This document shows, piece after piece, positions 54,640 to 64,000 of a stretch of DNA of 64,000 nt. Source of the stretch: Octopus sinensis (taxonomy: Eukaryota); the NCBI RefSeq assembly GCF_006345805.1, contig NC_043008.1, positions 61,690,001 through 61,754,000 on the forward strand. Direction: 5' to 3'. Positions within the stretch are counted from its first letter, which is position 1; each line of letters begins with the position of its first letter. The translations under genes were made by a program, and so were the position numbers. The notes under the pieces were generated by a model. That model was not told the DNA's origin. It worked only from the letters and a program-made list of their open reading frames with translations, and did not search any database.

Positions 54640-56040
54640 GAATCCTATGACCTAGTTAAATCAGCATTAACGGTTCCGTGTACTGGGCCTAAAAAATCGA
54701 ATTAGAAATATATTCATGTTATTTTATAAAGCTAAAACCAAACCTATTCTAGCGCATCTGTGAAGTAAAAAAGGGTTCGTGATAAACTTTTAAGTGTACA
54801 AGTATATATGTTCATTCCTTATTGAAAATGTTTGTAGTATTGCGATAAATACCTGCATGCAACATTAACCTAGCACTCATGCACGCGAAGAAAACGCTTC
54901 TATTTAGCAAGAGTTCAACGTTTGCTAAATTATCAAACAGAGATGAGTCGTTTGATGTATCGATGGGATCGTATGATAGTGCTGATATCTGCCATCTTGT
55001 AGATCTCTTTGTATTAAATACATTGATATCCAAGTTCCCATTTGACGATGTTGATCCGTACCCAAACGATCGACTGGGAATTTTCCATGGCTGTGATTAA
55101 TTTAGGAATATCTCATGGCTACTTTTCTTCAATTACACCTTAAAATTATTGTGCATACTAATGTGTCAAAGGTCGATTTTTGCACCTTTCTTAGATCTAA
55201 ACTCTCACTCTTATAAACTATACCATAATCCTAACAAATAACTTTCCTATTTTCCTACATACGCAAACAGTCCTACTGATCGCGATGGTGCTTAAAAACC
55301 TGATAGCTAACAATGGTTATGGGATATCCTATGTCTCTTCTAAATAATCTTTTCATAAAGCAGCTTCCTGTTATACCAATGTCCTAGCTAACGGTGGCTT
55401 CTAAGCGAGGGTATAATAAAACACTTCTAGTAATAATATGAATAATAAAAAGCGACCAAAGAATAGACCTCAGAAAATAATTTGGTTGGCCCTTCTTCTC
55501 CCTAATCGTTAAAACCAACGCAGTTAAGAAATTCTTTTCTTTCTTCGGTAAGCATTTCCTAGAACATCACAGAAACAGAAAGATCTTTAACAGACGCTCC
55601 ATGAAATTATCAAATAGCTTCTGCAGCATCAATGCCCATAAACACCGTCAAGAAGTCATATTCCCGAGTTCTCTTATAACTCTGTACACCCCGGTTTTTC
55701 CATGGGCACAAATGTCACAAAAACTGTTACTACTCATGACTTCACTAAATAATAACCCCGAACTATGTCGGTGTGCCAACCTCATGTAACGAATTATCTC
55801 ATATTCCGCTAAGAGTGTATTTTATAAAATATAACTAAATACCATTTTCCCATCGTATATTATTAGTATAATTAATACCAATAAATACACATTTGATACT
55901 TTGAATCGAAACATGGTGAAAACACCTGTTAGTTGAAATACATTCAGATGCAATACTTGAAATTGCATTTTACATATAAGCTTGACTGCCATAAAAAAAT
56001 ATCTATGACACTCATTGAAAAGAAATATAAATTTAGCAGC
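54640..56040 (+). pseudogene. Naiad-type Penelope-like element relic: RT, thumb and GIY-YIG
   Basis: MHAKKTLLF; FDVSMGSYDSADICHLVDLFVL (~FDVTMGSYDGAEVCELVGL); YPND at the YRDD position; LKIIVHTN...VDF; YKLYHNPN; KIIW; VKTNAVKKF...KHF...KIFNR; YVG. Several frameshifts and stops. Confidence 0.88.
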
Positions 56041-56757
56041 GTAATAAATTTTTCAATGTAATTAAATAAGAGCAGCTGGATGTTGTTTTTTGCAGCATTT
56101 TTGTCCTGCACAAGTTTCGCATTTGATTTCCCATATTATCAATATTGAATTTGTGTTGCTGACAACCATATTGAAGAAAATATGTACGATTATCAGTAAT
56201 ATTCTCAAGTCGGCTAGCTGTCAGAATCGTTAGCACGTCGGGGAAAACGCTTAGCACTCTCAGTTCAAATTACGTGCCAGTTGAGCATTGAATTCGAATT
56301 AATCGATATATGGCCTTCCCCAAATAGCTGGCCAAGCAAGACTGGATTTAAGCCATGGCTTGGGCGGGTGGGCTGGAATTCAAGTTCAGTGGATCCGTTA
56401 TATGCAAAAATTAAAATCTTAAAAACTCACCATATTTAAATGTTAAAGACTGTCTATTTCAAATTTGATGAGTTAGCTGTGAAAGTTTAAACAAGTGACT
56501 GAAAAATACTTAAAGATACACTTTTATCAGAATTTAAGTTTCGTTTTTCTCACACATAGTTACAGTGTTTGACCTTTCTTTCATTGTAATAAGTACAATG
56601 TAAGTGGGAAGAGTGGGTAAGATTTTTTTTATTTTAATGTGAGTTACATGTTTCAGAATATAGAATAAGATAAAACGACAGAAAATTATGAAAAATTAAA
56701 AAAGAAATTTGTGGTTGTTGCTGTTCTAAAGGCAAGTTAAATGTGCGTGTGCGTGTA

Positions 56758-56788
<31 letters not shown>

Positions 56789-57385
56789 AAGAGAGTGGTT
56801 AGAGATACCAACATTTAAGAGACATGGATTTAAAAAATTGTTGCTTCAAAACGGCTTTCGATCATTGTTTTGCAATGCTCCAAAAACAAACAAAAAAGAG
56901 AGAATAGAAAGTGGAGGAAATCGTGACAAAAATGGGTTATTCAAAAAACTATTTCCGATCGTCCTGCCTTTCCATTTACCAGTTTCTATTACTATTTAAT
57001 ATTCATAAACATTTATACTCACACACAAACACACATACACTCACAGATACATACAAACATATATTTTCAGGAGTTGTTCCCCTTTTCTCCGTTGTCCCCA
57101 AAGCAGCTCCCTTGCTTTTTAATTGAATTATTCGGTGTCTCTAAAGTGGCTATCATAAAAGAAAATCCATTACATTTTTAAGAAGTCAATAATTCCTTTG
57201 TATATTCAAAGAGAGCCACTCCACGCCTGATTGCTGGGAGGGGAGGGGGACACTGTATTGAGTGCTACATACCCTTCCTAGCAGGGACCCACCCCAAAAT
57301 CTACATGCCCAAGGAAACTGACCCCTCCCCACCCCAATAAATCTAGCCATGTACCCACGTGCCAGAATTTGAAATCAATAGCCTT

Positions 57386-57603
57386 AAGGCGGCAAACTGG
57401 CAGAATCATTTGCACGCTGGAAACAATATTTAGCGGTATTTTGTCCGTCTTTACATTTTAAGTTCAAATTCTGAGGAGGTCACCTTAGACATTCATGTTT
57501 TCTGGGCTGATTGAATAAGCACCAGTTGAGGACTAGAGTCAAAGTAATACACTTTCTCCCAACTTCTAAATTGCTGGCCTGGTTGCCAAAATTTGAAACC
57601 ATT
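57386..57603 (+). mobile_element. Degenerate Nin-type SINE
   Basis: aaggcggcaaactggcagaatc...ttagcggtattttgtccgtc...agttcaaatt...aagcaccagttgag. Confidence 0.75.
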
Positions 57604-58940
57604 CTCGTTAATATTCTTAATCTCCAGAATATGAGGAATGCAGTGAAGCTCAAATTCTGCAAAAACGATAATACAGTACGAAAGTCGCCTTTACAACGAA
57701 TATTAATGTTGTGTGAAAAATGAGGCGATCTTTTGAATAATGTTCCTTCGACATATATTCCGTTGCTCAAACTATTGACATCTACATATTGTTTGAGATT
57801 TTAATAGTAATTTACAAGAACTGTTTCTGTTCACACTATTTCATCATGTCCGGTATAATCGTGGCCGTGTCCCGTATGGTAATTAAGCTCTATGGTGGCA
57901 GAAAGCAGGTTGGAATAAAGAAGGGAAAATTTTTCTCTACACTTTACAATTCCAAATGTCATACGTAATCCGAAAACTCTTCTGGAAATAAATTACTAAG
58001 TAAGTCGTGTTATTTTAAGTGTCACTCATTTTTGAGACGGAGAAACTTCATACAATGATTCATAAATGAAAAGATTACTTTGGCTTCTTGTATTGATACT
58101 GCCGTTCATATTGTCATCGTCATGGTCGTTCTTGTTGTTTTGTAAAATGCAAGTTTGGTGCACATACTACTAAGCTCAAAAGTATTCCGGATTGTATTGA
58201 GTACAATGCGTTTTTCGAAGCACACTGGCTCTATAGTATTATCAACAAATCTATACATTTTAAATGGATCAAGCTGCCATTTGAAGGACGTATCACTGAT
58301 AATTCTAGTCGGTAACTTAGAGGGTTTCTCTATAAAAAGTTTAAGGAACCAGGTATGGTAATTATTTAGTTTGTCAGAATTAGCTTTGCCTCGACAAAAG
58401 TAATTATAATACTAACACCGTAGGACCTACGATAGCTTTAATGCGAAAGTCCAGATGATGGCATTACCTAGGCTTTATTAGAAATAGTATTCGATTTTGA
58501 AGTGGGTGTTGGAATATGCTGAGGCTGAGTTAGTTTCCAGTTGGTTTTCTAAATGAGTTTTCAAAACCAATATCTCTATAAGTTCAATATAAAGACATAA
58601 TATATTGTGTCTGACCTGCATGAACTGTATCTACAAGAAGACTATTGTATTACCCCACCATTTTTGTGAATGGCTAAGAGATGGTAAATCGGTTTTGAAT
58701 ATATTTATCATGTAAATTTATAAAATTCTGCCACTAGTTGTGAATACATTATTTCTTACAGACGAGTAATACGAGTATGGGAATCTTCGAGAAAATAGCT
58801 ATAAGTTAAAGAACACAATAAACATTCAATTAGATTGTATATTGATTAAATTGCAAATTAAATTAAGATATAATGAAAAATACGTAAGTGTGGCAAATAT
58901 ATAGGCAATTTAGCGGATTAGGACCGTAATTTAATGTAAA

Positions 58941-59147
58941 TAGAGCAAACCCTCGCCATATCGCAGTTAACCTATCGCAGTTTATTATTTAAGCTTACGT
59001 CGATTCCGCCGTGGTGTTGTTTGGCATTTATAATAAAATAAATATGTAAAATTATGAAAATAATATACAGTACAGTTTCTATTTCGTGGATTTTCACATA
59101 TCGCGAGGGGTTTTGGAACGTAACACTCTCGATGGAGCTATCTGTTA
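58941..59147. mobile_element. pogo/Tigger-like non-autonomous element remnant
   Basis: Left agcaaaccctcgccatatcgc; the reverse complement of the right end reads gttacgttccaaaacccctcgcgatatgtgaaaatccacgaa, a recalled Tigger-type subterminal motif. Confidence 0.55.
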
Positions 59148-59803
59148 GGCAGCATACAAGATCTTGACTGACTTATTTCACCAGGAAACATTGGATGTTA
59201 CTAAGTTAATTCTGAATCGTAGCCTAGGGCTTGAATTTAAAACCTAAAATTTTATCTCTGTGAAAGCAAGCACCTTAATATATGCTTGATCAGTAGCACA
59301 TTACTCTATGTCATTTAGGTGTACATTTGTTTAATATTTAATATTTGATATTTATTTTGATACATTGCCCCACAATTACCTCTAAAGTTTACCATTTCAT
59401 ATTTTGATATTGTATGCTAATATATACTTTTCATCCATACATGAATTTTGCATAATTATTATATTTTACTTACCATTTAATAACTTTACGATTTTTATCA
59501 AACCACATTTCATTTTTATGGCTTTGTGCACGGTAATTACTTTACTCAATCTTACTGTGTGGCTTTTATAATTTATTTTTAAGTTAATCACCTATTAACC
59601 TTTACTTTTTAAATATTAAAATTTTTATTGAAAATATATCCAATCGCATGTTTTATTCAATAACATTTATTTTCCACATGATATATCACCATAATAGTGC
59701 ATTTTTATATGTGAATTTGAAGGTGGCGAAATGACGGTGTCGGAAAAAAAAAAAATATCGGGTCTATCGAAATCGGTAAAAAATATATAGGGTCACTGTA
59801 GTA

Positions 59804-60030
59804 GAGGCGCGTGGCTTAGTTGTTAGAGTGTTGGGCTTATGTTCGTCAGATTGTGGTTTCGATTCCTGGCCCGGGTGACGCGTTGACCAAAACGCTTCAT
59901 ATCAGGTAGCTCCAGTCCAGGTAGCTTGCAAAAATGTGTAATCGTGCAACGAAGTGGATCCCCAACCAGGTGTAGAATACATACTCCACGGAAACGGATC
60001 CCTATGAGTCTATAAGAATCGTTTATGTAA
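59804..60030 (+). mobile_element. Degenerate tRNA-headed SINE
   Basis: A-box gtggcttagttg; B-box ggtttcgattcc. Confidence 0.7.
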
Positions 60031-60307
60031 TTTACACGTCCGCTCCCCTCAGTATTATAATATTTGTGATATAATTAGAAAGACCCGTCGCTCTTGTTAG
60101 TATTGATATCCTTCATGTGGAAATCTACCTTGTTTCTTAGGACAGGAGACAGACAGATCAGTGGTATCTATTCCGGCTTTACGTACATATTCCAAATTAA
60201 CCTGAGATTGACTTTCCGTTCTTACTTTTTCGGGGTCAGTAAAATAAGTACATGTCGATATCAGGATCGACGCAATCATCTAACAACTCCCGTCCCTGAA
60301 AATTTCG

Positions 60308-60309
60308 AG

Positions 60310-60360
<51 letters not shown>
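60308..60360. repeat. (ATT)n microsatellite
   Basis: Read directly. Confidence 0.95.
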
Positions 60361-60690
60361 GCGTGAGAGAGCAGTGCATGCAATCAAAGTGACACTGGAG
60401 TAAAATATACGAAGCCCAGTATACCCATCATGACTACCCGTCTGATAAGGGTGCACATGCATCACAAACATATGTGCGCAACATGGTGCCCTCGAATCAA
60501 GTTAAACAGCGCATGACCTTGCAGGTGGGACCCAGTTAGATTTTGTTCTGGTCGAGGAACCCACCCCGCTCAAAAGGTCCCTGAATAATGATTGTTTAAT
60601 GATATTGAACGTACCATCCCATATTTCCAAAGGTGAATTATTCAAACCCCAAAGAATCCCTCTCAACACATGGCTATGTTCTTGCAATTC

Positions 60691-61108
60691 TTATTTCGTT
60701 ATTTCCCACAAGGGGCTAAACAAAGAGGGAACAAACAAGGACAGACAAAGGGATTAAGTCGATTACATCGACCCCACTGCATAACTGGTACTGGATTTAT
60801 CAACCCCGAAAGGATGAAAGGCAAATTCGACCTCAGCGCAATTTGAACTCAGAACGTAAAGACAGACGAAATACCTATTTATTTACTACCCACAAGGAGC
60901 TAAACACAGAGAGGACAAACAAGGACAGACAAACGGATTAAGTCGATTACATCGAACCCAGTGCGTAAATGGTACTTAATTTATCGACCTCGAAAGGATG
61001 AAAGGAAAAGTCGAATTGCGCGGGATTTGAACTGAGAACTTAACGGCAGACAAAATACGGCTACGCATTTCGCCCGGCGTGCTAACGATTCTGCTAGCTC
61101 GTCGCCTT
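60691..61108 (-). mobile_element. Second Nin-type SINE with one head and two tandem bodies, 12-bp TSD
   Basis: Body period ~184 bp with the same gacgaaatacc junction; TSD ttcttgcaattc at 60679-90 and 61109-20. Confidence 0.9.
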
Positions 61109-61880
61109 TTCTTGCAATTCAGGGACTACTTGTTATCCAACATAGCTAATCCTATATATTATGCAGAATTTGCATATATAGGAGCACATTATTTATTGTA
61201 GTATTCCTATGTTGTATACACGATGTTAAAAAAACGTATTCCGAAACTGATGTATTGGACCAGGGTGGATATGGCAGTTTAACAGTTTCACACTGTAAGA
61301 GGGTAACTTTTAAATAATACATTTTAAACATGCAAAACTTGCAAAATCTACAATCATAAAAAAAATTAAACCTTATAACTGAGAATGAACGTAGAAAATT
61401 TTGTATATACGGGGCTTAAAACTATAAATCATGCGTTCTATAGGATCTATTCAATAAAGGAATATTGTATATCAATATAATTAACGGAATTTTAAAGAAG
61501 TGATGACTGCTATATTCAGCAATTTGAATGACCACGTGACGATTGTGACATTGGCTTGCTACTAGAAGTGTTAGTGGTGTTCGTGAGGATGTTGTTTTAT
61601 ATTTATTCGCAATCCTGGTTATTGACCAGACACAAGATAAATATCGAGCCAGGTTGTTTGAATGAATCTCTGAGGAACCTCTATACAAAGCCGTCAACTA
61701 AGCTGTAATTGTATGTCAGAGGGCCAGACCTGCCTCAAATCTTGAAATCGACAGGCGAGTCTATATAATCAAAATTACTCGTACAGATCTACGATCCATT
61801 AGATCCTCTACTAACCATAATGTCTTTAAACCTGGTAAAAACTACATCATCCAAAGTAACCCCCAATATTTCAAAACTTA

Positions 61881-62229
61881 ACGAGGGTTCCGGTTGATCC
61901 GATCAACGGAACAGCCTGCTCGTGAAATTAACGTGTAAGTGGCTGAGCACTCCACAGATACGTGTACCCTTAACGTAGTTCTCGGGGATATTCAGCGTGA
62001 CACAGTGAGGGACAAGGCCGGCCCTTTGAAATACAGGTACAACAGAAACAGGAAGTAAGAGTGAGAGAAAGTTGTGGCGAAAGAGTACAGCAGGGATCAC
62101 CACCATCCCTGCCGGAGCCTCGTGGAGATTTAGGTGTTTTCGCTCAATAAACACTCACAACGCCCGGTCTGGGAATCGAAACCGCGATCCTACGACCGCG
62201 AGTCCACTGCCCTAACCACTGGGCCATTG
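61881..62229 (-). mobile_element. Well-preserved tRNA-headed SINE (third family)
   Basis: Reverse complement starts caatggcccagtggttagggcagtggactcgcggtcgtaggatcgcggtttcgattccc; body shared with 42761-43070. Confidence 0.9.
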
Positions 62230-62759
62230 TTGATATAATGTTGATATAAAGTATGAGAAAAGAAATCAGATGGAGATCGCATTTGTAGTAACACTTGTTA
62301 TATATAGATTGTTGTGCCGGTGGTGATAGTCACGCTTTGTATTATTTACGGTGGTAGAGAGGTTGGTGGGTAGTAATGTGTTGGTAGCTTTTGTTATCAA
62401 TGTCGATCGTGTTCATAATCGATGTCGATCACTAAATATTTTAGTTTTTCAAATCATCTGAAGCGAATCAAAATAAATGGACGTACGTCCCTCACACGTA
62501 TTATAACAACATAAAATTTATAATTTTACTTGTGATTCTATCATTATTCGAGCTCCTGCTCTTTCCTTTGTTCGAAGTTACATAGAATTGATTATATATC
62601 AATACAATATTGTATCCTGGCTGTTTTATACACAAATGACAGTCATTGATTTCGTAGTGTTTTATTGCAACATTTAACTATTTCCTTCAGTAGATATTTG
62701 AATTGTCATCCACAGAAATAGACAATCAAACACAGATTCACACATGTGCTTACATTCAC

Positions 62760-62774
62760 ACATATATACAAACA

Positions 62775-62828
<54 letters not shown>

Positions 62829-62839
62829 GTTGCTTCTGG

Positions 62840-62881
<42 letters not shown>

Positions 62882-63425
62882 TATAAACAAAAACACTCAC
62901 TTATACGCACACACGTATATAGGTGAGCGTATGTATGTATTTATATTTGTACACACGCGTAAACAATGTGCTAAATGTCTGTTTTGGCAAATATTTAACT
63001 ACATACACATTTTAATTTTACTATATATACTAAACATACCTACCTACATATATATGTATATGTATATGTATATGTATACGTATATATATATATACACATA
63101 CATACATATATTTGTATATATATATATATATATATAATATATATATATATATGCGTATATATGTATCTGTACATCCATCTATGCACACACACATGCATAT
63201 ACAGTATATATAGAATGTATATAAGCAAGACACAATCATAATATTCTGAACATCAGTGTCCTTTGAGCATTTTGTTTTTGCACGAATATTGATGTAACCT
63301 CCTCCTCACCCTGCCCACTCTACACAAACACTCGCACACGCATATAAACACATGTAAGTCTATATATATATAAACACACACTTACATATGCACATGCATA
63401 CAAACGCGCACACACACACACACAC

Positions 63426-63464
<39 letters not shown>

Positions 63465-63560
63465 GTCTGTGTATGTTTATATATACATACATACATATAT
63501 ATAGATATACACACATATATAAATGTGTATATATATATATATATAATCATACACATCTAT
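62760..63560. repeat. Complex (TA)/(CA)/(TATG) microsatellite region
   Basis: Read directly. Confidence 0.9.
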
Positions 63561-64000
63561 ATATACGATTGTTTTGTAGGTGTATATACGTCATATGTGT
63601 GTGTTTATAAGTTTAAAATTTATATTGTCTCTGAGTGTGTGTTAGAGTGTGTGTATGATTATGCAAGGATGGCTTTTTGTGTAGGTATCTTTACGGCGTA
63701 TGACTGCGTTTTGCAATGTCATATTTATGTTCATATCAGTAGTTGTTAGTAGAGAAGTGTACATACCTTCACACGCACGCACACACACACAAAGGCGCAT
63801 TCACAAACACACATTCTCACATGCACACAGATTGACACATGAATCTATGTATGCAAGTGGGTGCCTGATTTATTAATGTTGCTTCTGGTACTGGTTAACG
63901 TGTATCTTTGAGTTAGTTCATTTGTATACGTGTATGTGTGTGTGTGTGTATGCGAAATGTATGTGTGTATGCGTGTATGATATTTATGTGAATGTTTTAG

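Noticed and set aside
57677-57790. Possible mariner C-terminus (SNGIYVEG) and TIR on the minus strand
   Set aside because: A single short motif; insufficient support.
61420-61875. Possible LINE RT C-terminal relic (FEILGVTLD) on the minus strand
   Set aside because: One motif only; downstream frames do not match convincingly.
62150-62229. Functional tRNA gene
   Set aside because: The tRNA-like head continues into a SINE body and lacks a complete acceptor stem and terminator; the same applies to the other SINE heads.

Overview
AT-rich, microsatellite-saturated animal genomic DNA. It is most likely cephalopod/Octopus, inferred from recalled SINE families, and appears intergenic or intronic. 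I cannot confidently recognise any host protein-coding gene; almost all long ORFs in the track are translations of (TA/TG/CA)n, (TAA)n or (GAT)n repeats. The window is a transposable-element landscape. (1) A Penelope-like (Naiad-type) insertion at ~8.75-12.87 kb sits in (TA)n, with a GIY-YIG endonuclease ORF and an inverted pair of pseudo-LTRs. Each pseudo-LTR carries an identical minimal type-I hammerhead ribozyme fold. (2) An older Naiad-type RT+GIY-YIG relic lies at ~54.6-56.0 kb. (3) A decayed Merlin (IS1595-like) DNA transposon with TIRs and a near-perfect 8-bp TSD spans 39.5-41.9 kb. (4) There are mariner, pogo/Tigger-like, Helitron and RTE-LINE remnants. (5) There are many tRNA-headed SINEs of at least three families. 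Two are independent head+body+body tandem SINEs with TSDs, and one ends in a hammerhead-like core. Several unexplained local structures are also present: a ~100-bp-arm fold-back, an A-B-A duplication whose B segment recurs 7 kb away, and a diverged ~640-bp tandem array. All family assignments come from manual translation and recalled motifs, not database searches.
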